From the NCBI GenBank assembly GCA_964527765.1, contig CAZGQR010000003.1:6156-70155 (forward strand): a DNA stretch of 64,000 bases. The letters run 5' to 3'. A program made the position numbers and the translations under genes. The notes below the pieces were generated by a model. The model was not told where the DNA came from. It did no database searches and was given only the letters and a program-made list of their open reading frames with translations. Shown here piece after piece: positions 1 to 9,816 of this stretch (its first letter is position 1; every line of letters begins with the position of its first letter). The DNA comes from an uncultured Planctomycetia bacterium. GTDB taxonomy: Bacteria; Omnitrophota; Gorgyraeia; Tantalellales; Tantalellaceae.

Positions 1-1838
1 GGCGCGAGATGGTATTTCCGCAGGAGTTCTTCCCGCGCGCCATGCTCTATGAATTCGTCAGGCAACCCCAGACATCTGATCTTAACGCCTCTTAACTTCT
101 CCCTTTCAAAAAATTCAAGCACGGCGCTGCCGAACCCGCCGTCAGTAATACCTTCCTCTATGGTAAATAACTTCTTCGTGCCGCGGGCGAGTTCCTCCAG
201 CATCTCCGCGTCCAGGGGTTTAATAAATCTGGCGTTCACCACCGTCGATTCGATGCCTTTTCTGGATAATAGCTCGCTGGCCATCAGCGCGGTGTTCACC
301 ATGCTCCCCACTGCGAGAATGGCAAGGTCATTCCCCCTTCTGAGCAGCTCCGCCTTCCCTACCTCCAGAGGCACAAAAGAAGAAGTGCTTACAAGTTGTC
401 TGGCTTTAGCGCGGGGGTACCTTATCACGACCGGCTTCTCCCATTCCACGGCCTTTTCCATCATCAGTTCCAGTTCCGTCCCGTCCTTGGGGGCCATCAC
501 TACAAAACCCGGCAGATTCCGCGTATAAGAAATATCAAAGACGCCGTGATGCGTCGGACCGTCCCTGCCCACCAATCCCGCCCTATCGACACAGAATACA
601 ACGGGCAGCTTTTGAAGCGCGATGTCATGGATAAGCTGATCATAGGAGCGCTGCAGGAAAGTGGAATAAATAGCGACCACCGGCTTCAAGCCCCCTTTTG
701 CAAGGCCGGCGGAAAATGTCACTGCATGCGGCTCGGTGATGCCGACATCGAAAAACCGGTCCGGGAATTTCTCGGCAAAAGTTTGAAGGCCGGTGCCGTC
801 CGGCATAGCCGCGGTGATCGCAACTATTCTGTTATCTTTATCCGCGAGTTCCTTTATCATTTTGGAAAAATGCCAGGTAAAAGGCTTTTCTTTATCTTCT
901 TCCCCTTTACCTATCTGCCCCGAGCTCACATCAAAGGACGTAACACCGTGAAAGCTTTCCGGATCTTCTTCGGCGTATTTATACCCCTTTCCCTTTCTGG
1001 TAATAGCATGGACAAATACCGGTTCTTTCAGCTTTAGGATATTCCGAAACGTCGATATCAGCTGTTCTATATCATGTCCGTCGACGGGCCCGAAATAGCG
1101 GAACCCCAGCTCCTCGAACAAAATGCCCGGCACCAGCAGATTTTTAAGTCCTTCTTCAAGCTTTCTTATCGTCTTATATGCCGCCTGCCCCAGCCTGGGG
1201 ATACCCTTCACTATCTTCTCCGTTTCCTCCCTTACCTTATTGTACAGGGGGTTGGTTATCACGGTGTTCAAGTACCGGCTCATCGCCCCTACCGGTTTGG
1301 AGATGGACTGTTCATTATCGTTCAGTATGACCACCAGGTTCGTCCGCCTGTGCCCGGTATTGTTCATCCCTTCAAAGGCCAGTCCTGTAGAAAGAGACGC
1401 GTCACCTATAACGGCGATCACCTTGTGATCTTCGTTCCTCAGGTCCCTGGCGGACGCCAGCCCAAGAGCGGAAGATATCGACGTGGCGCTGTGACCGCAG
1501 GTGAAAGGGTCATGTTCGCTTTCCTCGGCGCTGGGAAACCCGCTTAAGCCCCCCATTTCCCTGAGCGTATTGAAATTTTTCAGCCTGCCCGTAAGCAGTT
1601 TGTGCGCGTAACTCTGGTGTCCGACATCCCAGATTATCTTATCTTTCGGGCTTTTAAGGCAGTAGTGCAACGCGATCGCCAGTTCCACGGCACCCAGGCT
1701 GGCCGCAAGGTGGCCGCCTTTACGGGACGTAACGCTGACGATCTTTCCCCTGATCTCACCGGCAAGCTGTTTAAGCTGCTTCAGATCCAGTTTTTTTATC
1801 CCTTCCGGCAACTGAATATTATCCAGAAGTTCGCTCAT
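1..1838 (-). CDS. dxs: 1-deoxy-D-xylulose-5-phosphate synthase (3' end runs off window)
   Basis: Translated by hand from ATG at 1838, which overlaps the xseB stop (ATGA): MSELLDNIQLPEGIKKL...GGHLAASLGAVEL, TPP motif VIGDASLSTGLAFEGMNN, and FFDVGITEPHAV. Absent from the ORF track because it has no stop in the window. Confidence 0.95.
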   Translation of the reverse strand, partial: MSELLDNIQLPEGIKKLDLKQLKQLAGEIRGKIVSVTSRKGGHLAASLGAVELAIALHYCLKSPKDKIIWDVGHQSYAHKLLTGRLKNFNTLREMGGLSGFPSAEESEHDPFTCGHSATSISSALGLASARDLRNEDHKVIAVIGDASLSTGLAFEGMNNTGHRRTNLVVILNDNEQSISKPVGAMSRYLNTVITNPLYNKVREETEKIVKGIPRLGQAAYKTIRKLEEGLKNLLVPGILFEELGFRYFGPVDGHDIEQLISTFRNILKLKEPVFVHAITRKGKGYKYAEEDPESFHGVTSFDVSSGQIGKGEEDKEKPFTWHFSKMIKELADKDNRIVAITAAMPDGTGLQTFAEKFPDRFFDVGITEPHAVTFSAGLAKGGLKPVVAIYSTFLQRSYDQLIHDIALQKLPVVFCVDRAGLVGRDGPTHHGVFDISYTRNLPGFVVMAPKDGTELELMMEKAVEWEKPVVIRYPRAKARQLVSTSSFVPLEVGKAELLRRGNDLAILAVGSMVNTALMASELLSRKGIESTVVNARFIKPLDAEMLEELARGTKKLFTIEEGITDGGFGSAVLEFFEREKLRGVKIRCLGLPDEFIEHGAREELLRKYHLA

Positions 1839-2065
1839 TCCTCTTTCTCCTCAAAAGGTTCTTTTACGAACCGTCCGCTGTCTTTTTTTATCAATAGTTC
1901 TATTTTTTCCCTGGCTTTGTCCAGTTGCTTCTGGCACGCGCCTGCAAGTTTTATGCCCTCTTCATATTTTTTCAGGGAAGTGTCCAGGGAAAGATCTCCT
2001 GTTTCCAGTTCTTCCACGATCTTTTCGAGCTTCTCAAGCGCTTTTTCAAACGAACTATCTTTCAT
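1835..2065 (-). CDS. xseB: Exodeoxyribonuclease VII small subunit
   Basis: SFEKALEKLEKIVEELETGDLSLDTSLKKYEEG; directly follows xseA. Confidence 0.95.
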   Translation of the reverse strand: MKDSSFEKALEKLEKIVEELETGDLSLDTSLKKYEEGIKLAGACQKQLDKAREKIELLIKKDSGRFVKEPFEEKEE

Positions 2066-2081
2066 CCCGGCCCCTCCTTAG

Positions 2082-3314
2082 CTATTTTTCCGCATGTTCT
2101 ACCTTGCTCGTAACGCAGCCGGACGCGAACCTTGTCTTGAGGAGGTCCCCCCGCCTCAGCCCCCTCGAGGCCTTGACCACCTTCCCGCCCTTAAAAGTAA
2201 TACTATACCCTCGCTTCAGCACTGACAAGGGGTTTAACATCTGCAGTTTTCCTGTTGCGGCGCTGAACTCTCCCTGCCTCAGTTCAAGCAAATGGGTGAC
2301 GCCGGAGGTGGCGGACCTGACCAGATCGTCCACCTGCTGGCCCAACTGCAAAAAGACGTTCATCGGGGTGCGGAGAACATAGCTCAAGCGGAGCCCGTCG
2401 ACCGTTTTTCTCATCATTTCAAGTTTTGTCTTAGCGACCAGGTATAACCGGTCACGGTATTTTTTTATCCGGCCGGCAAGTTCTTCCTTGAGCGGTATGA
2501 CCTGTTCGGCGGCCGCTGACGGTGTCGGGGCGCGAAAATCCGCCACAAAATCGGAAATGGTATAGTCTATTTCATGCCCGACCGCGCTTATGACTGGTAT
2601 CTCCGAAGCATATATCGCGCGCGCGACCATCTCCTCATTAAAGGGCCAGAGGTCCTCCAGGCTGCCGCCGCCGCGCCCGACAATGATCACCTCTATCGGA
2701 TGCTCCTCCTTGCCTTCTTCGCTGATCCAGCGGTTAAACTCGTTAAGCTCCCCGATAGCCCGGGCAATATCTTCTTTCGCTCCGTCGCCCTGGACCCGGA
2801 CAGGACATATTGAGATCTCAACATTGGTAAAACGCCGGCGGGCGACCTTCAGGATATCTCTTATGGCCGCGCCTGTCGGCGATGTAATAACACCGATATG
2901 CATCGGCAAAAAGGGCAGCGGTCTTTTATGTTCCTCGTCAAACAGTCCCTCCTTGCGCAATTTGTTTTTCAGCTGCTCGAATGCCAGCTGAAGAGCGCCT
3001 CTGCCGCGGGGTTCTATTGCGCTGACATACAATTGATACTGCCCGCGTTTGTCATAAACACTGATCCGGCCGCAGCACAGAACGCGCAATCCGTTTTCCA
3101 TGCTGAAAGCGACACGGGTGCTGTTACCCTTAAAAAGAACACAGTTAAGCAGGCCGCCGGCGTCTTTTAAACTAAAATATGCATGCCCCGCGGATGAAAC
3201 GGTAAAATTAGAAATCTCGCCCTCGACCCACACTTCCCGAAAGGTATCTTCCAGGACAAAACGTATATCCCTGGTAAGCTCGGTGACCGTGTAAACCTTC
3301 ACGTCTTCCATCAT
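2082..3314 (-). CDS. xseA: Exodeoxyribonuclease VII large subunit
   Basis: VWVEGEISNF, GHAYFSLKD, GRGGGSLEDLWPFN, SAVGHEID, RAPTPSAAAE. Confidence 0.97.
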   Translation of the reverse strand: MMEDVKVYTVTELTRDIRFVLEDTFREVWVEGEISNFTVSSAGHAYFSLKDAGGLLNCVLFKGNSTRVAFSMENGLRVLCCGRISVYDKRGQYQLYVSAIEPRGRGALQLAFEQLKNKLRKEGLFDEEHKRPLPFLPMHIGVITSPTGAAIRDILKVARRRFTNVEISICPVRVQGDGAKEDIARAIGELNEFNRWISEEGKEEHPIEVIIVGRGGGSLEDLWPFNEEMVARAIYASEIPVISAVGHEIDYTISDFVADFRAPTPSAAAEQVIPLKEELAGRIKKYRDRLYLVAKTKLEMMRKTVDGLRLSYVLRTPMNVFLQLGQQVDDLVRSATSGVTHLLELRQGEFSAATGKLQMLNPLSVLKRGYSITFKGGKVVKASRGLRRGDLLKTRFASGCVTSKVEHAEK

Positions 3315-4090
3315 GCCTTTATCTGGACCCTTTTGATGCCGCGAGCCTTTCCTTCTTTCTCATCCGTATCTATAATGACCCCGTGTATCTCCGCGCCTTC
3401 GGCGGCCATCTCGAAACGCGTGGGCAGCTGCGTCAAAAACCGCGTTATGACCTGCTCCTTTTTCCGTCCTATCACAGAATCATAAGGTCCGGTCATCCCG
3501 CAATCGGTAACGTATGCCGTGCCGCCTGGAAGTACTTTTTCGTCAGCGGTCTGGATATGGGTGTGGGTCCCGATCACGGCAGTGACTGTCCCGTCCAGGT
3601 ACCACCCCATAGCGACTTTCTCGCTGGTCGCTTCAGCGTGCATGTCCACCACGATCACGGGTGTCATTTTGCGAAGTTTCTCTATCTCTTCACGCACCCG
3701 CGCAAAAGGACAATCCACCGCCTCCATGAATACCCGGCCTATCAGATTGATGGCGCCCACTCTGCCGGCGCCTTTAACGTCCACGACAGTGGAGCCCTTC
3801 CCAGGAGCCCCCTCTGGATAATTGGCGGGACGTATCAATTTGTCGGTCGTGTTCAGAAAATCGTATATTTCCTTTTTCTTCCAGATGTGGTCCCCGGAGG
3901 TCAGGATGTCCACCCCGTCCTCGAACAGTTCTTCCGCTATTCGTGGAGTAATACCGCTTCCGCCGGCGGCATTCTCGCCGTTGGCGATCACGACGCTGAC
4001 ATTCTCCTTTTCCCTGAAATCACGGAGAAACCTGCGGACCATTTCCCTGCCCGGCTTCCCGACAATATCCCCCAAGAACAGTATTTTCAT
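3311..4090 (-). CDS. ymdB: YmdB-family (TIGR00282-like) metallophosphoesterase
   Basis: LFLGDIVGKPGR, NGENAAGG, VDMHAEATSEK, GTHTH; conserved position after rny. Confidence 0.92.
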   Translation of the reverse strand: MKILFLGDIVGKPGREMVRRFLRDFREKENVSVVIANGENAAGGSGITPRIAEELFEDGVDILTSGDHIWKKKEIYDFLNTTDKLIRPANYPEGAPGKGSTVVDVKGAGRVGAINLIGRVFMEAVDCPFARVREEIEKLRKMTPVIVVDMHAEATSEKVAMGWYLDGTVTAVIGTHTHIQTADEKVLPGGTAYVTDCGMTGPYDSVIGRKKEQVITRFLTQLPTRFEMAAEGAEIHGVIIDTDEKEGKARGIKRVQIKA

Positions 4091-4102
4091 AATTCTGCCT
4101 CT

Positions 4103-5674
4103 TTATTTGGCATATTCGATCGATCTGATCTCCCGTATGACCACGACCTTGATCTGGCCGGGATACTGCAATCCGCTTTCTATTTTTTTCTTTATCTCCT
4201 GGGCCATCACAGCCGCTTTCGCGTCATCGATCCTCTCCGGCTGTACGACAATACGGATCTCGCGGCCGGCCTGGATGGCATAGGTCTTTTCCACTCCCTC
4301 GAACTCATTGGCGATCGCTTCAAGGTTTTCCAGCCTCTTTATGTAATGCTCCAGGGTCTCCCGCCTGGCACCGGGACGGGTCGCGCTTATGGCGTCCGCC
4401 GCCTGGGCGAGGACCGCAAGGAGCGTCTTCGGCTCGACATCCCCGTGGTGCGCCTCGATGGCATGGACGACAATATCGGGTTCACCGTATTTCTTGGCCA
4501 GTTCCGCTCCCAGCGCTGCGTGAGTACCCTCCATCTCATGAGAAACCGCCTTGCCGATATCATGGAGCGCCCCGATACGTTTTGCCAGGTTTATATCCAG
4601 CCTCAATTCTCCGGCCATCGCGGCCATCAGGTAAGCCGTTTCCTTGGAATGCTGCAGGACGTTCTGGCCGTAGCTGGTGCGGAATTTAAGCCGGCCGAGA
4701 AGCTTCACCAGTTCCGAATGCACGCCGTGAATGCCCAGATCCAGAAGCGTATTCTCCCCTTCTTCTTTTATGGTCGCTTCCATTTCTTTCTTCACTTTTG
4801 CCACGACCTCTTCTATGCGGCCGGGGTGGATCCTGCCGTCCTCTATCAGCCGCTCCAGCGAGATCCTGGCTATTTCCCTGCGGAACTTATCGAATCCCGA
4901 GATTATCACGGCCTCGGGTGTATCGTCTATGATGATATCCACTCCGGTGGCCATCTCCAGAGCGCGTATATTCCTTCCTTCCCTTCCTATTATCCTGCCT
5001 TTCATTTCCTCAGAAGGCAAGTTCACCACGCTTACCGTCGTATCTACCGTATGATCCACGGCGCACTTCTGGATGGCCAGCCCTACGATCTTTCTCGCCT
5101 CCCTGTCGGCCTTATCCCTGGTCTCGTCCTGGATCTTCTTTATGGTCTTGGCCGCTTCCTGGCGGGCTTCTTCCTCCATTTTCCTGATCAGGAGATCCTT
5201 GGCCTGCTCCTTGCTCATGCCGGATATCTCCTGAAGCCGGCTCTTTTCCTCCTGGAGCTTGCGGTCCAGCTCCTCTTTCCGGCGATTGGCCTCATCATAT
5301 TTGCGGCGCAGCTCGTCCTCGTTTCTCCTGAGTTCCTTCTCTTTCTGTTCAATAAATTCGACTTTCTTGTCGACGTTCTCTTCCTTCTGCAAAAGATGCT
5401 TTTCCTTGGCCAGTAGTTCCCTCCGGCGTTCCTTCGCCTCCTCTTCGAACTCGGCCCTCATCTTCAAGGAGAGGTCTTTTGCTTCAAGTATGGATTCTCT
5501 TTTCCGGCGTTCGGCCTCTATTTTCGAATTGTTTACTATGGTCTTCGCTTTATCCTCGGCGCGTTTTACTTTCATCTTGGCAGTATACTTCCTCAGGACA
5601 TACCCGAAGAGGAAGAAAAATATGCCGCCAAGAAACGCGAAACCTAAATATGCTGTTGTAATGTCAGTCCTCAT
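4103..5674 (-). CDS. rny: Ribonuclease Y
   Basis: N-terminal TM helix, coiled coil, KH domain ([14 protein letters not shown]), HD domain (LHDIGK). ATG 5674 preferred over 5680 for RBS spacing. Confidence 0.97.
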   Translation of the reverse strand: MRTDITTAYLGFAFLGGIFFFLFGYVLRKYTAKMKVKRAEDKAKTIVNNSKIEAERRKRESILEAKDLSLKMRAEFEEEAKERRRELLAKEKHLLQKEENVDKKVEFIEQKEKELRRNEDELRRKYDEANRRKEELDRKLQEEKSRLQEISGMSKEQAKDLLIRKMEEEARQEAAKTIKKIQDETRDKADREARKIVGLAIQKCAVDHTVDTTVSVVNLPSEEMKGRIIGREGRNIRALEMATGVDIIIDDTPEAVIISGFDKFRREIARISLERLIEDGRIHPGRIEEVVAKVKKEMEATIKEEGENTLLDLGIHGVHSELVKLLGRLKFRTSYGQNVLQHSKETAYLMAAMAGELRLDINLAKRIGALHDIGKAVSHEMEGTHAALGAELAKKYGEPDIVVHAIEAHHGDVEPKTLLAVLAQAADAISATRPGARRETLEHYIKRLENLEAIANEFEGVEKTYAIQAGREIRIVVQPERIDDAKAAVMAQEIKKKIESGLQYPGQIKVVVIREIRSIEYAK

Positions 5675-5729
5675 GTGCATCCTCCCTTATTTTGGAAGGC
5701 GTCAGCTGGCAGGATCTCTCTGAACGAGA

Positions 5730-6308
5730 TCAATCTGTAATGACCCGGGAAACGGGTCTGTCATGAGGGTCCGAGGGCAGGGAATCCGCCGCCTGAAAAT
5801 GAAAAGCCAATCCTATTGCCTTTGCCGAAGATAGATCCTTACTGGCGAGGAACCTGTCATAATACCCTTTTCCTCTGCCCAATCGCATGTTCTTTTTGTC
5901 ATAAGCTATTAGTGGCACCACTACCAGATCTATCTCCCTTAAAGGTATTGTCCCGGCAAGACCTTCTTTCGGCTGGTATATCCCGAAAGGGCCCTTTTCC
6001 AGGTTTTTTATTGCTGTAAGCTCAGAAGCTATTATAGTTTGACTATTCGGCTCGATATAAGGAACCGCTACCCTTTTCCCCTGTTTCAATGCCTCTTCAT
6101 TAAGATAGTAAGTGTCCACTTCTGTGGGCAAAGAAACGTATGTCATGACTGTCCTCGCAGCTCGGAATTCCTCACTGGAAAGAAGCTTTTCCTGTATCTT
6201 CCGGCTCCTTTCTTCCCTCAGTGAGGGACCCTGGCCCCGCAGACGCCTTATTTTCTCCTTTCTAATCTCCTCTTTTCTTTCCCTTATGTGCGCCAATTCT
6301 TGGTTCAT
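5730..6308 (-). CDS. 5-formyltetrahydrofolate cyclo-ligase
   Basis: IDLVVVPLIAYD, RLGRGKGYYDRFL, PHDRPV; start set at ATG 6308 to avoid overlapping iscU. Confidence 0.92.
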   Translation of the reverse strand: MNQELAHIRERKEEIRKEKIRRLRGQGPSLREERSRKIQEKLLSSEEFRAARTVMTYVSLPTEVDTYYLNEEALKQGKRVAVPYIEPNSQTIIASELTAIKNLEKGPFGIYQPKEGLAGTIPLREIDLVVVPLIAYDKKNMRLGRGKGYYDRFLASKDLSSAKAIGLAFHFQAADSLPSDPHDRPVSRVITD

Positions 6309-6337
6309 AATATTATACAACAATACCCGAAATATGC

Positions 6338-6721
6338 CTATTTTTTTTGCCTTTTTCCGTAATAATCCTCGATCGCCTTCTTTAAGGCGTCTTCGGCAAG
6401 GACGGAACAATGGATCTTGACCGGCGGCAGGCCGCCCAGGGCCCTGACCACGTCTTCATTGGACAGTTTCCTTGCTTCTTCCACGGTCTTCCCCTTGATA
6501 AGCTCTGTTAAAATGGACCCTGATGCTATCGCCGCGCCGCATCCGAAGGTCCTGAATTTGGCGTCGGATATGACCCCGTTATCATCAACCTTTATATACA
6601 GCTCCAGTATATCACCGCAGACGGGACTGGTGATCTTACCTTTCCCGCTGGGGTCTTCGATCTGCCCCACGTTGCTGGGGTTCAGAAAATGTTTTATGAC
6701 TTTATCGGTATATTCTTCCAT
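6338..6721 (-). CDS. iscU: Fe-S cluster scaffold IscU/NifU N-terminal type
   Basis: HFLNPSNVG, CGD, FRTFGCGAAIAS, LPPVKIHCSVLA (three conserved Cys). Confidence 0.95.
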   Translation of the reverse strand: MEEYTDKVIKHFLNPSNVGQIEDPSGKGKITSPVCGDILELYIKVDDNGVISDAKFRTFGCGAAIASGSILTELIKGKTVEEARKLSNEDVVRALGGLPPVKIHCSVLAEDALKKAIEDYYGKRQKK

Positions 6722-6731
6722 CCGTGTTCCC

Positions 6732-7898
6732 TCAGTCTTCCCTGTAGATCGGGCTTATCTTCCTCAGCCGGTCTATGATGGGGGGTAATTTTTCCATCAC
6801 ATAATCCATGTCATCCCGTGTATTAAATATATCGAGCGAAAACCTGACCGCCCCCTGCGCGAACACCTGTTCCAGCCCCATACTTTTCAGCACGTGGGAA
6901 GGCTCCAGGCTGCCCGAGGTGCAGGCGGAACCGGTAGAAACGGCGATGCCCTCCAGGTCCAGACTCAATATTATAGCTTCTCCTTCCAGATAGTCGAAAC
7001 TGACGTTCAAGGTGCTGGGCAGGCGTTTTTCGGGATGACCGTTCAGCCTTACCTGCTTTATCCCGGAACTTATACGGTCGTGCAGCATATCCCTGAGCCG
7101 CTTTACCCCGGCATAGTGTTCCAGGCCGTGCTTAAGGGCGATCTCACAGGTCTTTCCGAACCCGACTATGGCCGGTATGTCCTCGGTCCCGGCTCTTTTG
7201 CCGTTCTCGTGATGCCCGCCATGCTGACAGGGGTCGATCTCGGTTCCGTTCCTTATATACAATGCGCCGACCCCTTTGGGCCCGTTGATCTTATGGGCTG
7301 ACATCGAGACCAGTTGCGCCCCGGATCTTTTGACATCAAAAGGCACTTTCCCGATAAGCTGCACCGCGTCGGTATGGAAAACGACGCCTTTTTCCGCGGC
7401 TACACTGCCTATCTCTTCAAGCGGCATGATCGTCCCCGTCTCGTTGTTTGCCGCCATAATGGTTATAAGGATGGTTTCGTCGGTAATGCTGCGCCGAAGT
7501 TCGTCCGTGTCTACGATCCCGTAACGATCCACCCCCAGGTAGGTCACCCGGAAACCCTTACCCTCAAGGTACTTGCAGGTATTAAGCACGGCGTGGTGCT
7601 CAACCTCGGAAGTTATTATATGGTTACCCTTGTCTTTTAACGCGGCTGCCGTCCCCTTGATCGCGAAATTATCGGACTCTGTCCCGCCCGAAGTGAAAAC
7701 TATCTCCTCCGGGGATCCGGCCCCTATGAGGGCGGCTACTTTCTCCCGGGACTCTTCCAGATGCTTCCTGGCTTCCCTCCCAAACGCATGTACACTCGAG
7801 GCATTACCGTACATCTTATCGTAAAACGGCAGCATCGCCTCGATCACTTCCGGATGCGCCCTTGTTGTCGCATTGGCATCAAGATAGACTTTTCTCAT
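6732..7898 (-). CDS. iscS: Cysteine desulfurase (IscS/NifS)
   Basis: YLDANATT, FTSGGTESDN, SAHKINGPKG (PLP Lys), STGSACTS. Confidence 0.96.
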   Translation of the reverse strand: MRKVYLDANATTRAHPEVIEAMLPFYDKMYGNASSVHAFGREARKHLEESREKVAALIGAGSPEEIVFTSGGTESDNFAIKGTAAALKDKGNHIITSEVEHHAVLNTCKYLEGKGFRVTYLGVDRYGIVDTDELRRSITDETILITIMAANNETGTIMPLEEIGSVAAEKGVVFHTDAVQLIGKVPFDVKRSGAQLVSMSAHKINGPKGVGALYIRNGTEIDPCQHGGHHENGKRAGTEDIPAIVGFGKTCEIALKHGLEHYAGVKRLRDMLHDRISSGIKQVRLNGHPEKRLPSTLNVSFDYLEGEAIILSLDLEGIAVSTGSACTSGSLEPSHVLKSMGLEQVFAQGAVRFSLDIFNTRDDMDYVMEKLPPIIDRLRKISPIYRED

Positions 7899-8355
7899 AA
7901 ATGTACACTCTCCCGTTCTTGCCGGGAGTTATTTTCATCGCGCGTTCGGCCAGGTCCCTGAGAGAAAAACGCCCGAGCGTTTCTTTTATCTGCCTGCCCA
8001 TTTCATCCCATACCTCTTTAGAGGCGCACCTGCTTGCTTTCCCGCATACATTTTCTTTCCCTTTTCCGGATGAAATGCATCTGGCGGGGGAAATACTGCC
8101 TTCCAGGGCCATTACCACTTCGTACACGCTCACCCTGGAAGGGTCTCTGGCCAGAACATACCCTCCTCTGGGGCCGCGTACGCTTTTGACCAATCCGCGG
8201 TTCTTGAGACAGTTAAATATCTGTTCCAGGTAGATATTTGAGATCCCTTCCTCGCGGGATATATGCCCGATGGAGACCGGCTCTCCGCCATCGTGCTCGA
8301 TCGCCAGTCTTATAAGAGCTCTCACGCCATAAGAAGATCTCGTGGTCAGCTTCAC
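7879..8355 (-). CDS. Rrf2-family regulator, IscR-like
   Basis: (V)KLTTRSSYGVRAL, ISNIYLEQIF, SVRGPRGGY, three Cys (RC...VCGKASRC); likely GTG start at 8355. Confidence 0.9.
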   Translation of the reverse strand: MKLTTRSSYGVRALIRLAIEHDGGEPVSIGHISREEGISNIYLEQIFNCLKNRGLVKSVRGPRGGYVLARDPSRVSVYEVVMALEGSISPARCISSGKGKENVCGKASRCASKEVWDEMGRQIKETLGRFSLRDLAERAMKITPGKNGRVYIYEKSLS

Positions 8356-8386
8356 CTGCTCAGTGCCTCCCTTATCGTGCCCTCGC

Positions 8387-8605
8387 TTACACGCTTTCAA
8401 CCCGTTCGATCTCTGGGATCTCTTTTTTCAGCGCCTGCTCCACCACACCCTTGATGGTCATCTGGCTCATTGGGCAACCCGCGCAGGCCCCGCGGAGCCT
8501 TACTTTCACGACGTTTCCCTCAACGGAAACAAGCTCTATATCCCCGCCGTCCCGCTGAAGAAAGGGTCGTATTTTTTCGATCTCTTTCCTTACTCTCTCT
8601 TCCAT
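8387..8605 (-). CDS. NifU C-terminal-domain (Nfu) Fe-S carrier
   Basis: IRPFLQRDGGDIELV...GACAGCPMS. Confidence 0.92.
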   Translation of the reverse strand: MEERVRKEIEKIRPFLQRDGGDIELVSVEGNVVKVRLRGACAGCPMSQMTIKGVVEQALKKEIPEIERVESV

Positions 8606-8721
8606 TTTCTACCTCTGTGGATAAATGTGGGGCTTATGAATGCGGCCGCATCCGTAAACCAAACTTTTAAATCTCCACCGGGACCAAAACTGAGTCCGGT
8701 GGGACCGGGACAAGAAATGCT

Positions 8722-8754
8722 ATCCTAATATACCTTACTAAAAAAGTCAAGTAA
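8722..8754 (-). promoter_or_regulatory. Sigma70 promoter of the Fe-S operon overlapped by an IscR type-1-like operator
   Basis: TTGACT(8750-8745)-17-TAGGAT(8727-8722). 8730-8754 ATACCTTACTAAAAAAGTCAAGTAA matches 22 of 25 positions of ATASYYGACTRwwwYAGTCRRSTAT. Confidence 0.65.
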
Positions 8755-8774
8755 AATGCCCTCTTTCCTTTCCC

Positions 8775-8803
8775 TTGCCCTCAATATGCAATAGTGATAT
8801 AAT
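8775..8803 (+). promoter_or_regulatory. Sigma70 promoter for oxidoreductase-lpxB
   Basis: TTGCCC-17-TATAAT with extended -10 TG. Confidence 0.6.
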
Positions 8804-8853
8804 TTCCCGAAGGATAGTAACGTCAAACTGTGATCCATGTAGCAAGGGGTGTT

Positions 8854-9798
8854 ATGGACAAGCTTCGTATCGCCGTGGTAGGGGCCGGGCATCTCGGTTC
8901 CCTTCACGCTAAAGTGTATTCCGCGATAAAGAGAAGGTGCGGGATCTCACTGGTCGGCATCTGCGACGTAAGCAAAGAAGCGGGCGAAGAGATAGCCAAG
9001 AAATACAACACGGGCTATTTTGCCGACTACCACGATCTTATCGGAAGGGCCGATGCCGTAAGCATAGCCGTCCCCACGAATCTGCACCATGCAGTCGCAA
9101 GGGATTTCCTGAAAGCAGGGGTACATGTTCTGATCGAAAAACCGATCACGAGGACCCTGGAGGAAGCGGACGAACTGATCGGCCTGGCCGAAAAAAAGGA
9201 TCTTATCCTGCAGGTAGGGCATATTGAAAGGTTCAATTCCGCCGTCCGGGCGGTGGAGCCCCTGCTGAGCAAGCCGAGATTCATAGAATGCCAAAGACTG
9301 GGTTCCATCAAAAAGAAGAAACGCATCAAGGATGTGGGGGTGGTGCTTGATCTTATGATCCACGATATCGATATCATCCTCGGCCTGGTGAACTCCAGGG
9401 TGAAGAACATCGAAGCTGTCGGCATAAGCAGTGTTTCCGATCATGAAGATCTCGCTAACGTCCGTCTTTCTTTTCAGAACGGCATAATAGCGGATATCAC
9501 GGCCAGCCGGGTGACCAGAGAAGAGATCCGCAAGATCCGCATCTTCCAGGAACAATCCTACATACTCCTGGATTACCTGCACCAGGAGGCCTTTCTGTTC
9601 CGGGGCTCCGACAAGAAACTTAAAAAGAAAAAAATAAGGATCAGGAAAAAGGAGCCGCTAAAGGTCGAACTTAAATCTTTTATCGACTGCGTCCGGAACA
9701 ATAAAAGGCCTGTCGTCTCGGGACAAGAAGGCAAGCAAGCCCTTCGGGTCGCCCTTAATATACTGGAAAAGATCAACAGCGCCCAGCGGCTTCTATGA
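8854..9798 (+). CDS. Gfo/Idh/MocA NAD-dependent oxidoreductase (GnnA-like)
   Basis: AVVGAGHLG, HVLIEKP, QVGHIERFN, DLMIHDID; directly upstream of lpxB; ATG 8854. Confidence 0.88.
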   Translation: MDKLRIAVVGAGHLGSLHAKVYSAIKRRCGISLVGICDVSKEAGEEIAKKYNTGYFADYHDLIGRADAVSIAVPTNLHHAVARDFLKAGVHVLIEKPITRTLEEADELIGLAEKKDLILQVGHIERFNSAVRAVEPLLSKPRFIECQRLGSIKKKKRIKDVGVVLDLMIHDIDIILGLVNSRVKNIEAVGISSVSDHEDLANVRLSFQNGIIADITASRVTREEIRKIRIFQEQSYILLDYLHQEAFLFRGSDKKLKKKKIRIRKKEPLKVELKSFIDCVRNNKRPVVSGQEGKQALRVALNILEKINSAQRLL

Positions 9799-9816
9799 TT
9801 TGCGCCGCTTCTACCG

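Noticed and set aside
3383-5416. 677-aa plus-strand ORF, and similar long antisense ORFs such as 14547-15917, 22298-23737, 39094-40236 and 51198-52316
   Set aside because: They lie antisense to well-supported genes (rny, bamA, glmU/spoVG/ispE, purD, the giant gene) and show no recognisable motifs; these are shadow ORFs from codon bias.
6309-6337. Expected 6S RNA upstream of 5-formyl-THF cyclo-ligase
   Set aside because: Only about 29 bp separate this gene from iscU, leaving no room for a ~180-nt RNA.
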